Origin: Anaerolineales bacterium
GTDB taxonomy: Bacteria; Chloroflexota; Anaerolineae; Anaerolineales; RBG-16-64-43
Assembly (NCBI GenBank): GCA_016928575.1
Contig: JAFGKK010000002.1
Span: 65,519-129,518, forward strand
DNA: 64,000 nucleotides
Direction: 5' to 3'
Below, piece after piece: positions 31,902 to 40,514 of this stretch. Under the pieces are notes generated by a model. The model saw nothing but the letters and a program-made list of their open reading frames with translations, made no database searches and was not told the DNA's origin. Both the position numbers and the translations under genes were made by a program. Every line of letters starts with the position of its first letter. Positions within the stretch are counted from its first letter, which is position 1.

Positions 31902-34134
31902 TGGCCCCCAGCAGAAAAACGCCGTTCGGCGTGGCCGCGTAGACGTTGGATTGCGAGTCGATCACGATGGAATAGACAACCGTTGCGCCGAGCAGGCCGT
32001 CGTTAATGGAACCCCAATGAATCCCGCCGTCGAAAGAAACGTACGCTCCTCCGTCCGTGCCGGCATAGATGATTTCAGAATGGAATGGATCCACAGCGAC
32101 CGAGTTGACGAAAAGGCCGCCCAATCCGTCGTTGCTGGGATTCCAGGATCGACAGCCGTCTGCGCTGATAAGAATCCCATCCCCCTTTGTGGCCAGGTAT
32201 AGTCTTTGGGGATCGTCGGAAACGATATCCACAGAGGTAGGAACCGCTTCGGGCTCCAGACCGCAAAGTTGCCAGGAGGCCCCGTTGTCTGTCGAAACGT
32301 AGGCCGGAGAACCGTATCCGGTGATGTCGACGGAATAGATTATTTCCGATGGGGCGGGCGGGAAGTAGAAACGGCCATACGGGATGTCTTCGCCCGTATT
32401 GTGCGCCCAGTTCTGACCCGCGTCCATGGAAATGAATAGGCTCCGATTGGGATCCATGGAGATATCCGATACGAAGAGCGTATCCTCGCGGGAACTGACA
32501 TTCAATAGGACGCCCCTATTCGCGGTATCCACAGGGGCGGGAAGGAAATCCCATGTTGTTCCTTGGTTTTTTGAAATCCGGATTGTCTGTTCATGGGCAA
32601 GGTACAAATCGCCGTTCTTTCCGATGGAAAGCCAATATCGCGGCCATTCCACCTCGTATGAGCCTCCAAAAAAGGGGCTGGCTTGTTGCCACGGAATCCC
32701 CCAATCGGGGGAATGGAAAATATAGCCGTAGGCGTCTTCCGCATAGAGGCTTTCATGGGCCGGATCCGTTTTCAGCTTTATCCGCAGGTTCCCCAAACCA
32801 TTCCCGATCTCCGTCCAGCTGATGCCGGAATCGGAGGAAGACAATAATCCGCCCTCGCCCCCGCCCAGCATGCGTGTCCCATCGACCGAAAATGCAACGG
32901 GTGCACAACACCGCTCCGGCAATGGGTTCCATGACAAGCCTGCATTGGTGGAGGAATACCCGCCGTTCACGCCATGGCAATACATTGTGGATGGATTGGC
33001 CGGGTTGACATATAAAGCGCTGCAGGCGATCTGCGCCAATTCGCTCCAATTCTGCCCGCCATCATCCGAGGCATACAGCCTGTTTTCAGATCCCACAGAG
33101 GATGCATAGAGGATTTCCCGGCCGCTTGGGTCCGAGCCGATGGCCATCGCATAAATGCCGGTTTCTTCCAGGCCGAGACGCGTCCAATTCCCGCCGCCAT
33201 CGGTAGAGTGAAAAACACCTGCCGGGCAATCCGAATCTTCCCGTATTTGAGTGGCGTACAGTTTTCCGTTTACCTGCGGATGCACGAGGAAGGCCCCAAT
33301 GGCCGATGGGCAAGGGGAAAGGCTCGTCTCGTTCCAGGTCGTGCCGCCGTCGTTTGAGTCCATCCAGCCATAATCCGGCGCTGCCAGGAAGATATGTTGG
33401 TTGTCGAACGGATCAATCAACACGGATGTATCACCCGCGTAAGAATTTTCCATCCGCGTGTCGATGGCCTGCCATGCGCCGCCGCCATTCACGGTTTTGA
33501 AGATCAGGTTGGACGGTGTGCCGGCATAAAGCGTTTGCGGATTCTTCGGATCGATTGCCAGCCCGGAAATGCCGGCGAAGCTCAAGCCGTTTTGAATCGG
33601 CATCAGAGTAATGCCGCCGTCGAGGGATTTGTAGATCCCGGCGTTGCGTGTGCCGATGTAGACTACATCCGGATCGTTGGGATCGATAACGATGCTGGTA
33701 ATCTCATCCCGCGAAAATTCCTGGCCGGTGGAAAGCCGTTTCCACCTTAAGGGGATGAGCGTGGATGTGAAAGCAGGGAGAAGTTCGGGCGTGCTGGTGG
33801 AATAGGGTGTTGCGGTAAATGGCGGATTTGTTGACGGCGCCGTCGTTTCAGCAGGAGAAGCGATGCTTGGGGAGAAGGCTTTCAGGCGGGGAGCCGACCA
33901 TACGGCCAATCCGACCAGGGCAACGGCTCCCAACGCCGCCCATGATTTGGGATTGTTGTACCAGCGCTGGCGCTTGAGCCGCACCATCCGGGCCAGCAGC
34001 CGGGAAGTGTCTTTGTAGTTCTCGTCGATGGCCAGGAGTTGCCTGAGCAGATCGCTGGCGCGGTCGTAATCCTTTGCCGATAGGGCGGCCTTGGCTTGGG
34101 TGTACAGGCTTTCCAGTTCTTGGTCGTCAGCCAT
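31894..34134 (-). CDS. Single-pass membrane protein: short TPR-like cytoplasmic head, TM, extracytoplasmic Asp-box (BNR) propeller region
   Basis: The start is moved to ATG 34134 (MADDQELESLY..), which overlaps the upstream stop by 1 nt. TM helix WAALGAVALVGLAVW. I count 13 Asp-box-like motifs (e.g. SNDGGTTW, STDGGGNW, SDDGGQNW). Confidence 0.8.
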   Translation of the reverse strand: MADDQELESLYTQAKAALSAKDYDRASDLLRQLLAIDENYKDTSRLLARMVRLKRQRWYNNPKSWAALGAVALVGLAVWSAPRLKAFSPSIASPAETTAPSTNPPFTATPYSTSTPELLPAFTSTLIPLRWKRLSTGQEFSRDEITSIVIDPNDPDVVYIGTRNAGIYKSLDGGITLMPIQNGLSFAGISGLAIDPKNPQTLYAGTPSNLIFKTVNGGGAWQAIDTRMENSYAGDTSVLIDPFDNQHIFLAAPDYGWMDSNDGGTTWNETSLSPCPSAIGAFLVHPQVNGKLYATQIREDSDCPAGVFHSTDGGGNWTRLGLEETGIYAMAIGSDPSGREILYASSVGSENRLYASDDGGQNWSELAQIACSALYVNPANPSTMYCHGVNGGYSSTNAGLSWNPLPERCCAPVAFSVDGTRMLGGGEGGLLSSSDSGISWTEIGNGLGNLRIKLKTDPAHESLYAEDAYGYIFHSPDWGIPWQQASPFFGGSYEVEWPRYWLSIGKNGDLYLAHEQTIRISKNQGTTWDFLPAPVDTANRGVLLNVSSREDTLFVSDISMDPNRSLFISMDAGQNWAHNTGEDIPYGRFYFPPAPSEIIYSVDITGYGSPAYVSTDNGASWQLCGLEPEAVPTSVDIVSDDPQRLYLATKGDGILISADGCRSWNPSNDGLGGLFVNSVAVDPFHSEIIYAGTDGGAYVSFDGGIHWGSINDGLLGATVVYSIVIDSQSNVYAATPNGVFLLGANG

Positions 34135-37100
34135 TATGTTCCTTCCAGTTTGAATATTCCATAAGGGGTGGACGCGTAGACGTTGGATTGCGTGTCGATC
34201 ACGATGGAGTAGACGACCGTCGCCCCCAGCAATCCATCGTTGATCGGATCCCAGTGTTGGCCTGCGTCGAAAGAGATATACACTCCGCCGTTCGTCCCCG
34301 CATACATGGTCTGAGGGTTGTTCGGATCGATGGCAATGGCATGGGCGAACAAGTTGCGGAGGCCGGTATTCATCCTTGTCCAGGAGAGGCAGCCGTCCGG
34401 GCTCGCCATCACGCCGCCGCCCCGCGTTGCCGCCCAAATCCGTTTACGATCTTGAGGATTGACGGCCATCATGGAGATTGTTTCCGTGAACGCGTCGAGA
34501 TCGCCGGGTGGATTGCAGTTTGACCATGTCTCCCCGGAATCGCTGGACCGATAAGGCGGATAATCTCCTTCATTTCCATAAACATATACGTCGGTATCGG
34601 AACCGAAAAAGAGTGAGATGGTTTCACCCTGCCGGAGCTCATCGGTTGGAAAACCGCCACTCTCCTTCCAGGTGTTTCCCTTATCCAAGGAGATTAAAAT
34701 GCGATTGAAATATGGCAGGTACACCTTCCCGTCGATGGAGGGGTGGGCGGCGACAATTCCTGGCGAAATCGGATCGGGGACACCCGGTAAAGATGCCCAA
34801 TTCTTCCCGCCGTCTTGAGAGCGTAGTAAACCGTTGAAGTCGGACCGGAATAACGTCTGGCCATCCGCGCTGAAGGCCAATCCATAACCCTTCTGGGTTA
34901 ATGGACTCCAATTCTTTCCTTTGTCCGGGGAATAAAAGAGAGGAACACCTGGCCATTCCGTTCGCTGTCCTTGCAGATAGAAGCTATTGGTATCGCCGGA
35001 ATTTTGATTTAGTAATAATTCGGTTCGAAATCCTCCCAAGCCGTCGCTTTTATCCGTCCAGGAACTCCCCCCATCCACTGATTCGTATACTACCTCTCCT
35101 CCCACAAGTATTGTGTCGGAAGCACCGGGTTTAATGGCGATCTGAATGATCGTTCCATTCGTCCAGGGGAGCTTTTGCCAGTGTTTTCCCGCATCAATGC
35201 TTTTGAAAAGATCGTTGGTTTCTTTACCACAAACGATCATTCGACCATCCTGAGGGGAAATGGCACAGGCCGTAAACACACCGGTGAGCGGGTGGGTCCA
35301 AGTTGAGCCGCCGTCGGAGGAAACATGAACCCCGTCGCGGGCATAGGCAATAATGGTGTTGCCATCCCGGCTGATCTGGAGATTTTCTCCCCAGCCCAGA
35401 TCTTCGATTTTCGGAGAGGCCAATGACCAAGTGTCTCCGCCGTCCGTGGATCGGAAAACGCCGCCATCCGATGCTCCCAACCCGAAATTCGAGACGAACA
35501 AGGTCTGCGGATCAACCGGCGACTCGACAATCCAACCCGCGTTGGGAGGGCAATATTTCCCGCCGTCACAGAAGGTCGACGGGCGCCAGGAATCTCCTCC
35601 GTCGAAGGATTGATAAACGTTGCTGTTGAGATAATAGAGGTTGTTGGAATTCGTGGGGGAGATGGTGACTCCGCTGAACCAAGTGAAACCCCACCCGATA
35701 TTCGCGGAATTCACGGATTTCCAGTTCGCACCCCCATCCGTGGTTTTATAGATCCCGCCGGGCAACACGCTGGCATAAAGGATCTGCGGATTATTCGGGT
35801 CGATGGCCAGGGTTGAGATCGCGGCGCTTTCCAGGCCGGCGTGCGCGGGAAACCACGAAGCCCCTCCATCGATCGTTTTATACACACCGGCATCCGCCGT
35901 CCCGGCATAGATGATCCCCGGATCCTCCGGATCAAATTTTATCGCCGTGACTTTGCTGCGGGTTAAAAACTGTCCCGCATTCAGCCGGATCCATTGAAAC
36001 GGGATCGGCGTCGGTGGAAGAGTGGGCAAGGGCATTGCGGTTACGGTGCGGGTCGGCGATGCGCCCAACAGGTTGGAGAGGGACGTCGGTTGTGTAGAGA
36101 CGGCGGTCGGGCTTGTCGACGACGGCACCATCCTTTGCAAAGCCAACCCACCCAGCACCAGGATTGCCATTGCTCCCACGCCTCCCCAAAGCCACCGCGA
36201 CTGCCAGAATTTGCGTGTTTTCTGGCGCAGCTCAACCGCCTGGGCCAATATTTGCGAAGCGTCTTTGTAGTCCGGGTTATTAATGACGATGCTTTTCATC
36301 AGGCCGATGGCTTTGGCGTAATTCTTTTTCGCCATTGCCCGCTGGGCTTCGGAATACGTCTGCGCCAGGGATTGGGCGCTTTCCACTTTACCCATCTCCC
36401 CGCGAATCATTTCCGCGTCATCGGGCGCAAGCAATAAAAGCTCGTTCCATGCGGTCAAGGCGTCGCTGAATTTTTCGGCCTTCGATAAACTTTGCGCTTT
36501 TGATTGCAGGGAATTTCGCTGCGCTTCGCGCTGCTGGATCTGATTTGCGGCCAGCCTTTTTTGGACGCTCTCGTCATCCGGCATTAAGGCCAGATATTCC
36601 TTCAGGGATGCGATGGCCGCTTCCCAGTTTTTTTCCGCCTCCATTTGTTTCGACCGCGCCCGGAGGATTTCCAAGCGGGCGGTTTGCAATAATTGACGGA
36701 CTTCCGCCAACCGCTTTTGAAGCGCGGCGTCCTCGGGAGCCAATCGAAGCGCTTCTTCCAACGTGGCCGCCGCGGAATCCAGGTTTTTCGCAGATATCTC
36801 CTTCTCGGATTTTGCGACGAGACTTGCCAAAACCTTTGCTTTTTTCTCCGACTGGACGGACTGAACCCGTTCGATGAGGATCGGATCTTCGGGGGTGTAT
36901 TTCAACGCTTCGGCAAATGCGGACAAGGCTTGCTCATCCCGCCCTTCCTTGAGCGCTTTTTCGGCTTGTTGGCGCTGGATTTCGGCCAAGCGTTGGCGCG
37001 CCTCGGTATGCTCCGCGTTGATGGACAATACGCGTTGAAAGGATTGGGTTCCTTCGCGGATCCGGCCCCGGTCCGCGGCGGCGTTGCCGATCGCCAGATG

Positions 37101-38474
37101 CGCTTCACACAACCCGGACCGGGCCGCAACGTCTTCGTCGTCAATCGCCAATGCCTTCTCAAACTCGACCACCGCCTTCTCATAGGATTTCTGCTCCATA
37201 TACACCAGGGCGATGTTGACCAGGGCCTGGGCATTTTCCGGGGCGACCGCGAGCGCTTCCTGGAAACTTTCAATGGCCTTTTCGTAAACGCCGCTGTCTT
37301 TGAACTCCATCCCAATCTCGATATAGCGGTTGGCGATGGGATTTATCTCGGTCAGTTCCTCGCGCACTTGCTCCAGGGGGCGGTTTTTGCACAACCACAG
37401 TTTGAGCAGGTGGATGACAAAGTGATTGTCCGGAGTGAGCACATCTTTCTCGCGCAAGTGGAGCAAGGCGGATGTCAAATTGGAGTCGCTGAAACGGACG
37501 CGCTGCTTGCGCAGAAAGTCGGCAAGGCCGCGGCTGTCCGCCGGACCGAGCTGTGCGAGGGCCGCCAGGGACCATTTTTCCAGATCCGCGGCCTCGTCCC
37601 AGAGGAATTTTAAATTGACCGTTCCGCGTTCCACCACATCGTCCAGAACGGCTTCGACATCCGATTTGCCGATTTCCCGTTGGCCCGTCCGCTGGCAGCG
37701 CGCGAATAATTCATGACAGATCAGCTGGGTGAAGTATGGATGACCGGAAGCGATCTGATAAATGGAATGGGCGGACGGACGCTGGTAATTAATCAGGCCT
37801 TCCACCGGCAGTGTGATCAGGTTGCGCGATTCATCCTCGGAAAGAAAGCTGATCTTTTTGTACAGGGCCGTTTTAAAAAAATCGGTATACGCGGCCTGCA
37901 TGTTTTCCAGTTTCCGTCCCGAGGAACCGATGGAGAATATGAAATTAAGCCCCTGTTGTTCCAGCAGCCGGCGCAGATAATCGATCAGCGGGCGGGCCAG
38001 CGCTTCCCGGACCTCCGATTCTTCCAAATTGTCAAATTCGTCAAATGTCAGCAGCAGCGAATGGTCGCCAAGAATGGGCTTTAAGCCGGGGATAAATTGA
38101 TGTTCGAAATATTCCAAATCGGCAGTAAAGAGGCCTTTTTCCGGCAACGGAACGTCCAAGTTATGGGCTTGCTTGAGCCCCCGGACAATTTCACGCGCGA
38201 GCCACCATAAAAAACGGTCCAGGGTCGTGTGCGTACGGCCTTGAAAGTCGAAGAAAACCGGGATAAAACGCTCCGGCAGGCGGTTTCCCAGTTGCTTGAG
38301 GACGGATGTCTTCCCCACCCGCCTTTGACCGTGGAGAACCAAGATGTGGTCGGCATACCGTCCGGAAAGGTTATTCCGGATCCAATCAAAGACATCCTCC
38401 CGGCCGAAGAACATCCTGGCTTCGGTAACGGGTGCGCCGGCAATATATGGGTTTACAATTTCGTCCATATTCAC
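34134..38474 (-). CDS. Transmembrane STAND/ATPase_2-like NTPase with TPR array and extracytoplasmic Asp-box (BNR) propeller region
   Basis: 1446 aa. N-terminal NPYIAGAPVTEARMFFGRE, Walker A GQRRVGKTS and Walker B LLLTFDEFD. About 350 aa of TPR-like repeats. TM helix WLWGGVGAMAILVLGGLAL (nt ~36133-36195). 13 Asp-box-like motifs (TIDGGASW, TTDGGANW, STDGGDTW..). Start is GTG 38474 or ATG 38468. Confidence 0.85.
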   Translation of the reverse strand: MNMDEIVNPYIAGAPVTEARMFFGREDVFDWIRNNLSGRYADHILVLHGQRRVGKTSVLKQLGNRLPERFIPVFFDFQGRTHTTLDRFLWWLAREIVRGLKQAHNLDVPLPEKGLFTADLEYFEHQFIPGLKPILGDHSLLLTFDEFDNLEESEVREALARPLIDYLRRLLEQQGLNFIFSIGSSGRKLENMQAAYTDFFKTALYKKISFLSEDESRNLITLPVEGLINYQRPSAHSIYQIASGHPYFTQLICHELFARCQRTGQREIGKSDVEAVLDDVVERGTVNLKFLWDEAADLEKWSLAALAQLGPADSRGLADFLRKQRVRFSDSNLTSALLHLREKDVLTPDNHFVIHLLKLWLCKNRPLEQVREELTEINPIANRYIEIGMEFKDSGVYEKAIESFQEALAVAPENAQALVNIALVYMEQKSYEKAVVEFEKALAIDDEDVAARSGLCEAHLAIGNAAADRGRIREGTQSFQRVLSINAEHTEARQRLAEIQRQQAEKALKEGRDEQALSAFAEALKYTPEDPILIERVQSVQSEKKAKVLASLVAKSEKEISAKNLDSAAATLEEALRLAPEDAALQKRLAEVRQLLQTARLEILRARSKQMEAEKNWEAAIASLKEYLALMPDDESVQKRLAANQIQQREAQRNSLQSKAQSLSKAEKFSDALTAWNELLLLAPDDAEMIRGEMGKVESAQSLAQTYSEAQRAMAKKNYAKAIGLMKSIVINNPDYKDASQILAQAVELRQKTRKFWQSRWLWGGVGAMAILVLGGLALQRMVPSSTSPTAVSTQPTSLSNLLGASPTRTVTAMPLPTLPPTPIPFQWIRLNAGQFLTRSKVTAIKFDPEDPGIIYAGTADAGVYKTIDGGASWFPAHAGLESAAISTLAIDPNNPQILYASVLPGGIYKTTDGGANWKSVNSANIGWGFTWFSGVTISPTNSNNLYYLNSNVYQSFDGGDSWRPSTFCDGGKYCPPNAGWIVESPVDPQTLFVSNFGLGASDGGVFRSTDGGDTWSLASPKIEDLGWGENLQISRDGNTIIAYARDGVHVSSDGGSTWTHPLTGVFTACAISPQDGRMIVCGKETNDLFKSIDAGKHWQKLPWTNGTIIQIAIKPGASDTILVGGEVVYESVDGGSSWTDKSDGLGGFRTELLLNQNSGDTNSFYLQGQRTEWPGVPLFYSPDKGKNWSPLTQKGYGLAFSADGQTLFRSDFNGLLRSQDGGKNWASLPGVPDPISPGIVAAHPSIDGKVYLPYFNRILISLDKGNTWKESGGFPTDELRQGETISLFFGSDTDVYVYGNEGDYPPYRSSDSGETWSNCNPPGDLDAFTETISMMAVNPQDRKRIWAATRGGGVMASPDGCLSWTRMNTGLRNLFAHAIAIDPNNPQTMYAGTNGGVYISFDAGQHWDPINDGLLGATVVYSIVIDTQSNVYASTPYGIFKLEGT

Positions 38475-39456
38475 TCACTTTTATCCTTTGCACGGGTCGC
38501 GATTGGTTCGGACTCTTTATCTATTCATAGCAACTGTTAAGCCATACGTTGCCGCCGGGATCTGTCCCCGGCCAGTGAAAGCCTTCGCGCAACCAAGCGT
38601 CAAAGAAAACCCGCTTCTGGGCGCCGATGTTGCCTCTACTGGCGATACCCAATCGAATCAATTCTCTTGATCCTGTGTCTCTCCTATCAACCATCCCGCG
38701 GTGTGTAAGGAAGTATACCTCTATAGGCGACTGGAGAAAAACGCGAAATGCAGGTCGCCGTACAATCCATCCCCTCCGGAATATCACTCCCCCCAACCAA
38801 ACCCATCCCAGATGCTTTACTTATCCGTTGGAATAATTGGTCGGTAAGGGGTTTGGAACCCGGGAATAGCTGTGGCAGGGTCCCCCAAAAAATGCAACCG
38901 ACCTCATTTCTCCGGATCCGCGAATGGCTGGACGGTCAGGACGGTTTGGAATGCGTTGATCCTTGCCTGGATGGGGGCGTTCTTGAATTGAAATAGCCAC
39001 AAAATTAACAGGCCAATCGTTTCGGATGCGGAATGGAAGGATGATCCGGACATTCCCTATTACAGACCTTCATGAACCGTTCGCAAACTGCGGTTAGCTT
39101 ATCCTTCATTCTGTAAATTCAGTCCGATGGGGAGCGATCTTCTTTATCCTGCCGTCAATCGCCCATGGATCGCATTGAACTCCATCCGCTTTCCGCTCCT
39201 CAATTCCCGTCCGCAGGCAACGAGCGGCCCGGTTCCATCCATCCCATTCCGCCCCCCCGTGATGGCTGCCGGCTGCAGGGTGAATCCGCCATCCCGCCCC
39301 CCCGCTTCCCATGCCACGGGATGCGGGGGAGGATGGCAGGGGCAGGGCGGGATGGCGCCCGGCGCCGCGCTGGGGCGATGCTTCCGCGGCCCGCCCCACG
39401 GCCCGGGCCGATTTCACAATCATCGCCCGGCGGCCGCTCGATGGAAAAATCTAAAT

Positions 39457-40359
39457 CTAAAAATCCCATGCCGGCTCGGTTTCAAGCCGCACGGCGCGGT
39501 TTCCCCGCCTCTCCTTGGCGGCGGAATCGACGATCCCCGTCTCCGCCCCGGCGGGGGTGACGCCGTTCTCCGCGAGGTAGAATTCCACCAGGTTGTCGGC
39601 GGCGAGTTCTTCCATCCCGCCCGAAAGCCACAGCAGGCTGTTGCAAGCGACTTGGTTTCCTTGAATGACCAGGCGGGTGATTTGGTTGCGTTCCGAGACC
39701 ACTCCGCGGCCGCTGCACCCTCCGCCGTAGACGAAAAACGCCACCCCTTTGGTGATGTCCTTCGAGGCGATGGTGTTCGCTTCGATCCGCACCCCGTCCA
39801 CCCGGTTGTCGCCGGCGCCCTCGCCGCCGAACAGGCTGATCCCTTCGAATTGGAAATCCGGCAATTGGTTCGAGAGGATGCGGATGTTCGCCGGCCGCCC
39901 GGTTTCACCCGAAAGCGGCGGATCACCCGGCGCGGGGAGGTAATATTCCCCCGACGCGGCATACATCGTGATCGCGGCCATCTGCGTGCGGAGGATGTTG
40001 CCTTCCACCGGCACGTCCTCCACGGCGTTCTCGCGCAGTGCGGCGCCCGGATCCGGCAGGTAGGAGGAGGAGTCGATCGCCGCGGCGTGGATCGCCACGC
40101 CGTACTCGGCGTCGGCCGAGACTTCGTTGCCGGTGATCTCCACGCCGCGGATGAAGTTGCCGCTGTTGCCCATGTTCCCCGCCAGGAGGAGGATCCCGGT
40201 CGGGCGCGAGGCGTCGCTGCCCACGCCCTGCGGATCCAGGAAGTTGTCTTTTATGACGACGTTCTCCACCAGGCTGTCGTCGGAGAAGGCCGGCGGTCCC
40301 GGGTGGCCGAAGTAGGCGCTGTAAGATACCGCGCCGCGCCGGGGCGGGAGATAAATCAT
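39457..40359 (-). CDS. Right-handed parallel beta-helix repeat-like protein (possibly truncated)
   Basis: 300 aa with periodic ..N.I.GN.. turns (ITGNEVSA, VEGNILRT, IEANTIAS, IQGNQVAC). No signal peptide. Weak call. Confidence 0.35.
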   Translation of the reverse strand: MIYLPPRRGAVSYSAYFGHPGPPAFSDDSLVENVVIKDNFLDPQGVGSDASRPTGILLLAGNMGNSGNFIRGVEITGNEVSADAEYGVAIHAAAIDSSSYLPDPGAALRENAVEDVPVEGNILRTQMAAITMYAASGEYYLPAPGDPPLSGETGRPANIRILSNQLPDFQFEGISLFGGEGAGDNRVDGVRIEANTIASKDITKGVAFFVYGGGCSGRGVVSERNQITRLVIQGNQVACNSLLWLSGGMEELAADNLVEFYLAENGVTPAGAETGIVDSAAKERRGNRAVRLETEPAWDF

Positions 40360-40514
40360 GGATTTTTTTCGCGCAATTTTCCGGCCACCGAAGCGGAAAT
40401 GCGGTCCCGGCTACTCCGCTTCAGAACCAGAGTATTGGGATTGATCTATAATTGGGCATATTCCCTGCTTTTACAAGCGTGGCAAGCCCTAAGAAACGAC
40501 AACACCGGAGCGCT

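Noticed and set aside
38521-38796. 91-aa minus-strand ORF (..FFDAWLREGFHWPGTDPGGNVWLNSCYE) as a real small gene
   Set aside because: No start context and no recognisable domain, and it overlaps other equally weak ORFs. It could be a gene remnant, but I cannot support a call.
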